From Synergistales bacterium (GTDB lineage Bacteria; Synergistota; Synergistia; Synergistales; JAFGMB01), in contig OY762654.1 of the NCBI GenBank assembly GCA_963666205.1, positions 2,624,001 through 2,688,000 on the forward strand: a stretch of 64,000 nt of DNA, read 5' to 3'. Under the pieces are notes generated by a model. It worked only from the letters and a program-made list of their open reading frames with translations. It ran no database searches and was not told the origin of the DNA. Positions 1-9,111 of this stretch are shown piece by piece. How positions within the stretch are numbered: the first letter of the stretch is position 1; each line of letters starts with the position of its first letter. The position numbers and the translations under genes are program-made.

Positions 1-1
1 A

Positions 2-1177
2 TTCCTGACCATGCAGGAGGCTGAAAAACAGAGCCTTGATATCGAGAAAGACAGTGAAAGGATCCACCGGATCCTTCAGGAAAAAAAGACCGTCTGTAAT
101 GAAGAAAGCAGTCGTGTGAAGGAACTTGGAGGATTAAAGATCATCGGTACAGAACGTCATGAATCAAGAAGAATAGATAATCAGTTAAGGGGAAGATCAG
201 GACGACAGGGAGACCCTGGATCAAGTCGTTTCTACCTTGCCCTTGAGGATGACCTTTTAAGACTTTTTGGTTCTGAAAGAATACAGGGGATAATGGGTAA
301 GCTTGGACTGCAGGAGGGAGAAGCCATTGAACATGGACTTCTCACCAAGGCTATAGAATCTGCCCAGAAAAAAGTGGAACAGCTTCACTTCGACATAAGA
401 AAACAACTCCTTGCTTTTGATAATGTTATGAATCAGCAGCGGGAAGCGGTATATACGGAACGTCAGCGTATCCTGAGGGACGAAGACATCCTTTCCCATA
501 CATGGGAGATCATAGAAGGGGTTGCCCTGGATGTTTTTGAACAGTGTTATCCAGAAAATGGTGATGCAGAACCTGAAAGAGCAAAGGCAAAGCTCAAGAA
601 CCTTTTTGGCCCAGGTCTTGAAAGATTTCTTGAAGGAGTAGACCATACTCGTGATCTGGAGCCAGTGAAAACAAACATTCTGGATGAACTTAAAAAACGT
701 TTTGATACGAAAATATCCCGGATGGATGATGAAACCCGTGAAGGTCTTTTCCGTTTTATCGTTCTTCATACTCTGGATCAGAACTGGAAAGATCATCTTC
801 TTGCCCAGGATGAACTGAGAAAGGGTATAGGATTGAGGGCTATTGGTCAGAAGGATCCTCTTCTTGAATATCAATTTGAATCATATAATCTTTTCCAGGA
901 GATGATGGAGAGAGTCAGGGATACAATTGCTGAACTGTCAATGAGAGTTTCTGTTGTTTCTGAAAAACCAGGGATGAATTCCATCCGCAAAGAAAAAAAT
1001 GTTGTTGAAAGCAGGGAACTTGATCTTTCTTCCTTCGGTGGATCATCAATGGACGAGCTGCCTGAAAGACATCAACGGAGGGAACCCCTTAGAAAGACAC
1101 AGAAAGTTGGTCGAAATGAACCTTGTCCATGTGGAAGTGGGAAAAAATATAAACATTGTTGTGGAAAAAATTCATGA
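2..1177 (+). CDS. secA: Preprotein translocase SecA, C-terminal part (5' truncated by window edge)
   Basis: GGLKIIGTERHESRRIDNQLRGRSGRQGDPGSS, QKDPLLEY and C-terminal SEC-C motif GRNEPCPCGSGKKYKHCCG; frame open from window start. Confidence 0.98.
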   Translation, partial: FLTMQEAEKQSLDIEKDSERIHRILQEKKTVCNEESSRVKELGGLKIIGTERHESRRIDNQLRGRSGRQGDPGSSRFYLALEDDLLRLFGSERIQGIMGKLGLQEGEAIEHGLLTKAIESAQKKVEQLHFDIRKQLLAFDNVMNQQREAVYTERQRILRDEDILSHTWEIIEGVALDVFEQCYPENGDAEPERAKAKLKNLFGPGLERFLEGVDHTRDLEPVKTNILDELKKRFDTKISRMDDETREGLFRFIVLHTLDQNWKDHLLAQDELRKGIGLRAIGQKDPLLEYQFESYNLFQEMMERVRDTIAELSMRVSVVSEKPGMNSIRKEKNVVESRELDLSSFGGSSMDELPERHQRREPLRKTQKVGRNEPCPCGSGKKYKHCCGKNS

Positions 1178-1223
1178 TCCTTTTATCCAGAGATCTGGAG
1201 TATAGCCAAGGAGGAATATTTTA

Positions 1224-3035
1224 ATGAAGAAAAGAACCTTTGTTCTTCTGTTTATCTACATGACCATTATTTCTGTTTTTTTCCTTTTGCCGGGAAAATC
1301 ATTTAGTAGTGTTAACATGGCGAGATTGACACAGGAGGCTCCTGGTCTCCACAATTATCCCGGATCTGACGGGGTAATCTGGTATAGAGAGGTAAATTAC
1401 TCCCTTACTGCAGATGGACGGATGGAAAAGGATTCAACATGGATTATTCTCGCGAAAAAGGGACTTGATGAACAATGGAGAAACTGGGAGATACCTGTAT
1501 ATCCTGAAGGTTCTGTTGAAGTTTTACAAAGCTCTCTGTATGACCCAGGGACTTCCACCATGATAACTCCTGTGTTGGCGGAGACTGTTGAGTCTGGAAA
1601 TATGGAAATTGTACAGATCCGTTTCCCCGAGCTTCAGGATGAATATCTGATATATCTATCCTATAGGGAGATAATTCCCAAAGATTGCAGACTTGATGAC
1701 TTTCTCTGGATGGCTCTTGACCTTCCCTTATGGGAAAACAGGATCAATGTCAATGTCCCTCAAGGTAGCGAACTGTTCTATTCCTCTGAGGGGATTGACC
1801 CTCCAGTTATCGAGAAACAGGTAGATGCTACCAAACGTTATAGCTGGTCTTCTTTCAATCTTTCACCCCGTAACAGGAGGTCCCTTGCTGTTGATCCAAT
1901 GTCTTTTCTTGCTTTCAGTTTAAGACGCGGAGAGAAAGCTTTTGCCAGGGATATACAGGTTCTTTCTTCCCCTTCTATCCCCCCCTTACCGCCTTCTGTG
2001 GCGGGATTCAATCAGGAAGCCAACAAGACCATTGCAGGAAGCAAAATGATCGGGTTTGTAGAAGAAGCGCCTCTCCTTAGAGGTTTTCCTGCTTCTTATA
2101 TTCGAAAAGATATACCCGAAAACCCTCCATGGAGTGTATTTGAAAAGGTTATCCTTCTCTCTGACTGGTTATCAAGGACCGGCTGGAATTCGGGGCTTTA
2201 CTGGTCGACCGTACAACCTCTGACAGAGGAAACTCCGGGTACAGGGGCATTTGTTTCAATGCCTGTTCTTGAGATAACCCCCCCTGGAGGGAGCTCCGTG
2301 TTTTACCAGCTTGGCCAGGGATTTTCCAATTCTGATTTGCCCCCTCAAATGTGGGGACGGACCGTTTACAGTTATCGGGATGGTGCCCTTTTAAAACGAC
2401 AACTTCCTAAGGGTGAGGCTTCTGATCACAGACTGAACATTAACTGGATACTGGACCTTGCCGAAGATGGTACTCTGTCCGGAAAACTGGAGTTTCTTGT
2501 AAGGAACGGATGGAAAGCCATGTTACTTGAGGATGGCAAGGCCTTTGATGAGTCGGTATCAGGTATGTTGTACAGCTTGAAGATTCCGGGATTTGATCCC
2601 GACAGAATTAAAATATCACCAATTAAATATGGGTCCAGAATCACGGTTCCTGTGATGTTTAACTCAGCTATAATAAGCGGAAACAACCTGTTGCTGAATT
2701 TACCCTCTGTTTTACTTGATCCTTTGCTTGACCTGGGGAAAATGGAACCAGGTTATGAGCTGAAATTTCCTTTTGTGGTGGATCATGGTTTCGAGATAAG
2801 TTTCCCTGATGGATATGAGACAGTCGCTCTTCCCGCGACTTCTGACAGGGATTTCGGTGTTATAAGGCTTAATGAAGATATTTCCATTAACAAGAAAAAA
2901 CAAAGGATTTCAGGAAACATTAAACTTTTAGTCAATACCGATGTTATAGATAATTCTATTCACAGGGCACTCATTGAATCTCTTCGGGAATGGCTGATGT
3001 GGATGGATAAGACCGTACCATTGCATAAAAAATAA
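1224..3035 (+). CDS. Exported DUF3857-like / transglutaminase-fold protein
   Basis: N-terminal signal/TM segment; YPGSDGVIW..E..Y.LTADG start typical of DUF3857; C-terminal FPDGYETVALP as in DUF3858-like tails; SD AGGAGG upstream. Confidence 0.55.
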   Translation: MKKRTFVLLFIYMTIISVFFLLPGKSFSSVNMARLTQEAPGLHNYPGSDGVIWYREVNYSLTADGRMEKDSTWIILAKKGLDEQWRNWEIPVYPEGSVEVLQSSLYDPGTSTMITPVLAETVESGNMEIVQIRFPELQDEYLIYLSYREIIPKDCRLDDFLWMALDLPLWENRINVNVPQGSELFYSSEGIDPPVIEKQVDATKRYSWSSFNLSPRNRRSLAVDPMSFLAFSLRRGEKAFARDIQVLSSPSIPPLPPSVAGFNQEANKTIAGSKMIGFVEEAPLLRGFPASYIRKDIPENPPWSVFEKVILLSDWLSRTGWNSGLYWSTVQPLTEETPGTGAFVSMPVLEITPPGGSSVFYQLGQGFSNSDLPPQMWGRTVYSYRDGALLKRQLPKGEASDHRLNINWILDLAEDGTLSGKLEFLVRNGWKAMLLEDGKAFDESVSGMLYSLKIPGFDPDRIKISPIKYGSRITVPVMFNSAIISGNNLLLNLPSVLLDPLLDLGKMEPGYELKFPFVVDHGFEISFPDGYETVALPATSDRDFGVIRLNEDISINKKKQRISGNIKLLVNTDVIDNSIHRALIESLREWLMWMDKTVPLHKK

Positions 3036-3052
3036 ATTTTGGAGGTGTCCCT

Positions 3053-4726
3053 ATGTCTGATATTAAGGATATCCTTAATGACATAATACAAGAAGCTTTA
3101 ACGGGTTTATGCAGAGATAATGACATGGAAACAGATCTTCCTGAAATAATTCTTGAAAGGCCCAAACGTCAGGGGCAGGGAGATTGGGCCACCAATGTCG
3201 CCCTTCAGATGGCCCGGAATTTCAACTTGCCACCCCGTGAGCTTGCCAGGCTCTTTGTTGAAAGATTACCGGAAAATGCTCATATTAAGAAGGTCGAGAT
3301 AGCCGGTCCGGGTTTTATTAATTTTTTCCTTACCAATAGGTGGATCAGGGACATAGTTGAAGATATACTTTCCAGCAATGATGCTTATGGCAGGCCGGAT
3401 CTTGGAAAGGATAGAAATGTTCAGGTTGAGTTCGTAAGCGCAAATCCAACTGGTCCTCTTCATGTCGGACATGGTAGAGGAGCAGCTGTAGGTGATATAA
3501 CCGCAAATATTCTTTCCTTTGCCGGGTGGAATGTTCAGAGAGAGTATTATGTGAACGATGCTGGACTTCAGATGGATATTCTAGGGAGATCGACCAGGGC
3601 CAGGTATTTTGAGCTTGCGGGTTTTCCTGAAAAAGCACCTTTCCCGGAAGACGGGTATAAAGGGGATTATATCTACGATCTCGCAAAGGGACTCCTGGAG
3701 GAAAAAGGTGTCAGTCTCCTTGAGATGGCTACTGAGGATAGCCTTCCATTCTTCAGGGATTATGCTTCCGATAATATCCTAAATAGTATCAAGAAGGATC
3801 TTGAAGGATTTGGAGTCAAGTTTGACAGGTGGTTTTCAGAAAAGAGTCTCTACGATAACCAGCTTGTTATGCGGACAGTTAACTATCTCAAAGATAAGGG
3901 CTATGTTTATGAAGAAGAGGGTGCCCTCTGGTTCAGGTCAACTGCTTTTGAAGATGAGAAGGACAGGGTACTCATCCGTGCAAATGGTGTTCCCACCTAT
4001 TTTGCTTCCGATGTAGCCTATCATAAGGAAAAATTTGACAGGGGATTTGACAGGGTAATTGATGTCTGGGGTGCAGATCACCATGGATATATCCCCAGAG
4101 TCAGATCTGCTATTGCTGCCCTGGGAAAGGACCCGGATGCTTTCAGCGTTTTTCTTATTCAGTTCGTGAATCTTCTTCGAGGGGGGGAGCAGATAGCCAT
4201 GTCAACCAGAGCGGGAGAATTTATCACGCTCAAGGACGTTCTGGATGAAGTTGGAGTCGATGCTACCAGGTATTTCTTTGTAATGCGCAGATCTGACAGT
4301 CACCTCGACTTCGATCTGGAGCTGGCAAAAAGACAATCCACAGATAACCCCGTTTATTATATCCAGTATGCACATGCCCGTATCTGCAGTGTTCTGAAAG
4401 AAGCTGACACTAGAGGAATAACACTTGACATTGAAGAAGGTTTTGATGAAGAGACCCTTTCCACTCCTGAGGAGAAGCGTCTGGCAGCAAGAATATCAGC
4501 CTTCCCGGAGGAAGTGGAAAAAGCGGCCCTGGAAATGGCTCCCCATGTTATCGCGAATTATGCCCTGGAACTCGCAGGAGATTTTCATTCTTTTTATAAT
4601 TCCTGTCGGATCCTGGGAGAAAGTGACGGGATAATGAAAGCAAGACTATTTCTGGCTGAGGCTGCCGGTATACTCCTTGCCACCAATCTCAGGCTCCTTG
4701 GAATAAGTGCACCGGAGAGGATGTAA
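3053..4726 (+). CDS. argS: Arginine--tRNA ligase
   Basis: VEFVSANPTGPLHVGHGR, WGADHHGY, MSTRAGEF, YIQYAHARI, C-terminal APERM. Confidence 0.98.
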   Translation: MSDIKDILNDIIQEALTGLCRDNDMETDLPEIILERPKRQGQGDWATNVALQMARNFNLPPRELARLFVERLPENAHIKKVEIAGPGFINFFLTNRWIRDIVEDILSSNDAYGRPDLGKDRNVQVEFVSANPTGPLHVGHGRGAAVGDITANILSFAGWNVQREYYVNDAGLQMDILGRSTRARYFELAGFPEKAPFPEDGYKGDYIYDLAKGLLEEKGVSLLEMATEDSLPFFRDYASDNILNSIKKDLEGFGVKFDRWFSEKSLYDNQLVMRTVNYLKDKGYVYEEEGALWFRSTAFEDEKDRVLIRANGVPTYFASDVAYHKEKFDRGFDRVIDVWGADHHGYIPRVRSAIAALGKDPDAFSVFLIQFVNLLRGGEQIAMSTRAGEFITLKDVLDEVGVDATRYFFVMRRSDSHLDFDLELAKRQSTDNPVYYIQYAHARICSVLKEADTRGITLDIEEGFDEETLSTPEEKRLAARISAFPEEVEKAALEMAPHVIANYALELAGDFHSFYNSCRILGESDGIMKARLFLAEAAGILLATNLRLLGISAPERM

Positions 4727-5032
4727 TTGCCTAAACTCCGCTGGGTAGCTATTATATGCACCTTTTTTCTTTTTCTTGCGATAATGGCTACCTCCTATTA
4801 TCATGAGTTCCTGAAGATATCGAGGTTTTCAAGGAAACTGGACAGCCAGATGTCCAGGCTTGTTTTACTGAGCCGAACTATGCAGGAATATCAGGAAAAG
4901 ATCGATTATTACAGTACGCCAGAAGGTGTTGCAAGGCTTGCCCGTGAAGAATTTAACTTTGCCTATCCTGATGAGAGAATATACAAGATAGTTCTGGTTT
5001 CTCCTGATCACTTGTCTGAAAACAATCAGTAG
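4727..5032 (+). CDS. Septum formation initiator (FtsB/DivIC family)
   Basis: Single N-terminal TM, coiled coil, GVARLAREEFNFAYPDERIY motif; TTG start abuts argS stop. Confidence 0.75.
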   Translation: MPKLRWVAIICTFFLFLAIMATSYYHEFLKISRFSRKLDSQMSRLVLLSRTMQEYQEKIDYYSTPEGVARLAREEFNFAYPDERIYKIVLVSPDHLSENNQ

Positions 5033-5040
5033 CTTATAAT
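5012..5040 (+). promoter_or_regulatory. Sigma70-type promoter of rpsF-ssb-rpsR
   Basis: TTGTCT (5012-5017), 17 bp spacer, TATAAT (5035-5040). Confidence 0.7.
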
Positions 5041-5052
5041 AACACGGTTGTG

Positions 5053-5100
5053 TCCCTGTCTCTTCTGAATGAAGAGACCATAAGACCATAGGGAGGAGGT
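5053..5100 (+). promoter_or_regulatory. Putative S6:S18 ribosomal protein leader
   Basis: Inner stem GTCTCTTC/GAAGAGAC, outer TCCCT/AGGGA pairing that overlaps the SD, CCA (CCR) in the internal loop, directly upstream of rpsF. Confidence 0.6.
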
Positions 5101-5107
5101 GAATAAC

Positions 5108-5392
5108 GTGCGACCCTACGAAATGATGATCCTTGTTAATCCAGATCTGGAAGACCCGAAAGAGGAGATTTCCAATGTAGAGGAGGTCGTGCGCGGTCTT
5201 GGAGGAGAAATCGCCAAGACTGACATCTGGGGGAAAAGGCGTCTTGCCTATCCCATAGATAAGCACACGGAAGGCTTTTATGCAGTATGTAATTTCAAGT
5301 TTGACCAGGTACAGCTGAAGGAACTTGATCGTGTACTCAAACTTCGTTCAGAAGTCTGGCGTCATATGGTTGTAAGACTTGACGAAGAGTAA
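5108..5392 (+). CDS. rpsF: 30S ribosomal protein S6
   Basis: MRPYEMMILVNP, WGKRRLAYPI; GTG start at 5108 after SD GGAGGAGG. Confidence 0.97.
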   Translation: MRPYEMMILVNPDLEDPKEEISNVEEVVRGLGGEIAKTDIWGKRRLAYPIDKHTEGFYAVCNFKFDQVQLKELDRVLKLRSEVWRHMVVRLDEE

Positions 5393-5404
5393 GGGGTGGA
5401 GAAG

Positions 5405-5899
5405 TTGGCGCGAGGTTTTAACAAGGTAATTCTGATGGGTAACCTTGCGAGGGACCCTGAGATTCGTTATACCGTAGACAAAAGAGCATGGGCACGTTTT
5501 ACCATAGCGGTCAATCGCCAGTGGAAAGGCCGAAATGGAGAACTTCAGAGTTCTGCCGATTTTATCCCTGTCGTTGTATGGGGACCTCAGGCAGAACATT
5601 GTGAAAGATATCTGAGAAAAGGTCAGGCTGTTCTTGTGGAGGGCCGACTTCAGGTGCGGAACTATGAAGATAAATCAGGCACTCGAAGATATGTAACCGA
5701 AGTGGCAGCCCAGAGTGTTAATTTTGTTGGTTCTCGAAGAGACGAAGGGTCTGGCTTCAGTAAAGACTCCGCTTCCAGCGACGACATGGGAAGTATCAGA
5801 GACAAAGGATTCGGTGGAGAAGACTTTCCCCTTGATTTTTCCGAAATGGATGGAATGAATAACGATGGGGATGATGGGGATGCGGATATTCCCTTTTAG
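5405..5899 (+). CDS. ssb: Single-stranded DNA-binding protein
   Basis: FNKVILMGNLARDPE, VLVEGRLQ, acidic tail ending DIPF; TTG start inferred from SD. Confidence 0.97.
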   Translation: MARGFNKVILMGNLARDPEIRYTVDKRAWARFTIAVNRQWKGRNGELQSSADFIPVVVWGPQAEHCERYLRKGQAVLVEGRLQVRNYEDKSGTRRYVTEVAAQSVNFVGSRRDEGSGFSKDSASSDDMGSIRDKGFGGEDFPLDFSEMDGMNNDGDDGDADIPF

Positions 5900-5945
5900 G
5901 TCATGATCCCAGATCCCTTAAGCATGTGCGAGAGGAGGAAGATCA

Positions 5946-6182
5946 ATGGCATATGTTCGTAGAAGGGGCGGCAAACGCCGTCCAAAGGTGTGCTTTTTTT
6001 GTGTGGACAAGGTCGATCATGCAGATTACAAGGATCTTGACCGTCTGAAAAAATATATAAGTGAGCGTGGCAAGATAATGCCTCGCAGAGTTACAGGAAA
6101 CTGTGCCAAGCACCAGCGTCAGCTTACTACTGCCATAAAGAGGGCCAGGCATATGGCTCTTCTGCCTTTCACAGTAGAATAG
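5946..6182 (+). CDS. rpsR: 30S ribosomal protein S18 (Zn-binding Cys form)
   Basis: [33 protein letters not shown]. Confidence 0.98.
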   Translation: MAYVRRRGGKRRPKVCFFCVDKVDHADYKDLDRLKKYISERGKIMPRRVTGNCAKHQRQLTTAIKRARHMALLPFTVE

Positions 6183-6198
6183 GCAATATCCGGATCAT

Positions 6199-6238
6199 AC
6201 GAAGGGGAGTAAGCTTTTGCTTCTCCCCTTCGTTTTTT
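6199..6238 (+). terminator. Intrinsic terminator after rpsR
   Basis: ACGAAGGGGAG...CTCCCCTTCGT stem followed by T run. Confidence 0.8.
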
Positions 6239-6283
6239 ACCGGTATAAATATTCTTCCTGCTATAAATTGCTTTCCAGAAAGG

Positions 6284-7240
6284 ATGTTTGTGTTGACCCA
6301 GACAAAGAGTCTTGTGGAGTCCTCTCTCCTGGTAGGCCTTGCTGTTGTTATGTTTCTGGCTTCCCATGTTCTTCCGGTAATAGGTGTAATATTTTCCTTT
6401 TTGTGCCCGGCGCCGCTGGTAATTCTTGGTCTCCGCCATGATATCAAAAAAGCATCCCTGGGAGTTATGGTCGCCTCATTTATAGTCATGGCCTTCCTTG
6501 GACCGGTTGGAGCTATGTTCTTTTTATTTGGTTTTGGAGTGCTTGGGGTCGGACTCGGTTTTCTGGCTAAGAGGTATACCAGCGGAGTAGAGATAATCCT
6601 TTTTGGCATACTGATATCTCTGGGAAGCAAATTGCTTTTAATGGTCATAGTAAGTAAACTTAGTGGCATTAACCCCTTTTCCATGGACCCTTCAGAAATG
6701 ACTGGAATGGTTGACAAAGTATTTGCGTTTTATGCTGAAAGGGGTATGTCCGGAGATGCTCTCGAGACGATCAGGGATCAGGTATATAACTCTATCCGGA
6801 TGATACCACTTATTTTCCCGGCTCTACTCTCCATGGCTGCTGCTGTAGATTGCTATCTAAGTTATATGGTCAGCAGTATGGTAATGAAGAGGATCCATGG
6901 CACAATGCTTCCGCCTCTCCCTTCTTTCAGTCAGTGGAGGTTTCCTAAAAGCATCTTTCTTGCTCTTGTTGTTTCATTGGTGTTCTCTCTTGTCGGAGGC
7001 CAGGGTCAGTGGAACACATGGACCAAGATCGGAACTAACCTGAGGCTCCTCGTAAATATCGTATTTCTGTTACAGGGACTTTCATTGGTATGGTTCTACC
7101 TGGCCAGTAAAAATGTTTTTTCATTGCTCAAGGGAATAATTATTGTTTTAATATTATTTATTCCTATCCTGTCTCAATTGGTTTTACTCTTGGGTATAAT
7201 AGATATGTGGTTCGATATAAGGACTCGTTTTGCGAGGTGA
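6284..7240 (+). CDS. YybS/DUF2232 family membrane protein
   Basis: Multi-TM; LLQGLSL and LLGIIDMWFDIR motifs; usual position between rpsR and rplI. Confidence 0.85.
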   Translation: MFVLTQTKSLVESSLLVGLAVVMFLASHVLPVIGVIFSFLCPAPLVILGLRHDIKKASLGVMVASFIVMAFLGPVGAMFFLFGFGVLGVGLGFLAKRYTSGVEIILFGILISLGSKLLLMVIVSKLSGINPFSMDPSEMTGMVDKVFAFYAERGMSGDALETIRDQVYNSIRMIPLIFPALLSMAAAVDCYLSYMVSSMVMKRIHGTMLPPLPSFSQWRFPKSIFLALVVSLVFSLVGGQGQWNTWTKIGTNLRLLVNIVFLLQGLSLVWFYLASKNVFSLLKGIIIVLILFIPILSQLVLLLGIIDMWFDIRTRFAR

Positions 7241-7246
7241 AGATTT

Positions 7247-7693
7247 TTGAAGGTAATATTAGTTGAAGATGTAAAGAAACTTGGGAAAAAGGGTGAACTT
7301 GTCGATGCTTCTGACGGTTATGCCAGGAATTTCCTTATTCCGAGAGGTTTAGCCGAAGAGGCTACTGCACCCAGACTTCAGGAATGGAAACAGAAACAAA
7401 GATCTATGGAAGCAAAGGAATCCAGGCTGAAGCAGAATGCGGATGATATAAGAAAGCATCTCCAGGGAAAACAGGTCAAAGTTAAAGTGAGTTGCGGTGA
7501 AACCGGTAAGTTATTTGGAAGTGTTACAAGTTTACACGTGGCTGAGGCTATCAAAGAGCAGATGGAGGTTGATGTAGCCAGAAAAGATATAAAGATGGCT
7601 GAAGTCATAAAGAATACTGGCCTATATCCCTTTACAATTAAACTGTACCCAGGCGTAGAGGCCAAAATGACATTGACCGTAGAGGGTGAATAA
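7247..7693 (+). CDS. rplI: 50S ribosomal protein L9
   Basis: MKVILVEDVKKLGKKG, GYARNFLIP, GKLFGSVT. Confidence 0.98.
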   Translation: MKVILVEDVKKLGKKGELVDASDGYARNFLIPRGLAEEATAPRLQEWKQKQRSMEAKESRLKQNADDIRKHLQGKQVKVKVSCGETGKLFGSVTSLHVAEAIKEQMEVDVARKDIKMAEVIKNTGLYPFTIKLYPGVEAKMTLTVEGE

Positions 7694-9048
7694 TGCTTAG
7701 CCAATCCCTTCTTGACAGGGTAGTGCCTCACAGTCTCGAGGCTGAGAGGGCCGTTCTTGGTGCCTGTATTGTTGATCGGGATGCGCTCAATACTGTGATA
7801 GAGATGCTTGAAATGACAGATTTTTATGATCTCAATCACCAGGTCGCCTTTGAAGCTATTGCAGATATGTCCCACAGGGATAAACCTGTCGACCCCCTTA
7901 CACTTATGGATGAGTTTTCCAAGAGGGGCATTACAGAAAGACTTGGAGGGCAGGCTTTTATCGTAGGTCTGGTTGATGCGGTTCCAACTACTGCCAATGT
8001 TGAATACCACTCTGCTATTGTCAAGGAAAAATCCCTGCACCGGCGATTGATACAAGTAGGTAATCAATTGGTTAAGCTCGGTTACTCGGAAGACAGGGAT
8101 GTAAAAGATCTTATGGAAGAGGCGGAACAGGCTGTTTTCGCTATATCTCAGGACAGGAATAAAAGGACCTTTAAAGCAGTTGCGGATGTTCTGCCTCCTG
8201 CTTTTAAAAGAATTGAGGAGCAGTTCCATAATACGGACCAGACAGTTACCGGAACCCAGACGCCTTTTATAGATTTTAACCGTCTGACAAGCGGTTTCCA
8301 GCCTGGAAGCCTGAATATTATTGCTGCACGCCCTTCAATGGGGAAGACCGCCCTTGCCATAAATATGGCTGAATATGTTGGAACAGAGAGACATACTCCC
8401 GTCCTGATTTTCAGCCTTGAAATGGGGGCTGAACAGCTTGTACAAAGAATGCTGGGTTCAGTGGCGGGAATTAATATACATGACCTTAACACGGGCTCTT
8501 TTGCTGATAAGGACTGGGATAAACTCACTAATGCTGCCGCAAAACTCTCTCAGTCATCAATTTTCATTGATGACAGCTCAATGCTTTCGACAGTAGAATT
8601 CAGGGCAAGGTGTAGAAGATTTAAAGCTCGTTACGAAAATCTTGGCCTTATAGTTGTTGACTATCTTCAGTTGATGAGTTTTTCGAGAAAAATAGACAGT
8701 AAACAGCAGGAAGTAGCAGAGATCTCAAGGGCTCTCAAGGGTGTGGCTAGAGAACTGGAAGTTCCGGTAATAGCTTTATCTCAGCTTTCAAGAGCAGTTG
8801 AACAGCGGACAGAAAAGATCCCTCAACTTTCAGACCTCAGGGATAGCGGAGCCATCGAACAGGATGCGGACATGGTGCTTCTTCTTTACAGAAAGGGCTA
8901 TTATGATTCCGCTCAGTCGGAGGAAGAAGAGGATAATACTGCTCTTATAAGGATTGCCAAGCACAGGAATGGTCCAACAGGAGACATAAGGCTGATATTC
9001 ATAAAAGAATTCACTCGTTTTGAAAACTATGGTGGTTTCGGATTTTAA
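7693..9048 (+). CDS. dnaB: Replicative DNA helicase
   Basis: PHSLEAERAVLG, AARPSMGKT, VVDYLQL, LSQLSR, SDLRDSGAIEQDAD, KHRNGPTG; no intein. Confidence 0.98.
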   Translation: MLSQSLLDRVVPHSLEAERAVLGACIVDRDALNTVIEMLEMTDFYDLNHQVAFEAIADMSHRDKPVDPLTLMDEFSKRGITERLGGQAFIVGLVDAVPTTANVEYHSAIVKEKSLHRRLIQVGNQLVKLGYSEDRDVKDLMEEAEQAVFAISQDRNKRTFKAVADVLPPAFKRIEEQFHNTDQTVTGTQTPFIDFNRLTSGFQPGSLNIIAARPSMGKTALAINMAEYVGTERHTPVLIFSLEMGAEQLVQRMLGSVAGINIHDLNTGSFADKDWDKLTNAAAKLSQSSIFIDDSSMLSTVEFRARCRRFKARYENLGLIVVDYLQLMSFSRKIDSKQQEVAEISRALKGVARELEVPVIALSQLSRAVEQRTEKIPQLSDLRDSGAIEQDADMVLLLYRKGYYDSAQSEEEEDNTALIRIAKHRNGPTGDIRLIFIKEFTRFENYGGFGF

Positions 9049-9111
9049 ATTCAGAAATTTTTCCATTGAAGTCTTTTTTAATGTCATTTATTTTTTCTCT
9101 GGAGGCGCTAA

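Noticed and set aside
7378-8229. 283-aa minus-strand ORF
   Set aside because: Antisense shadow of rplI-dnaB
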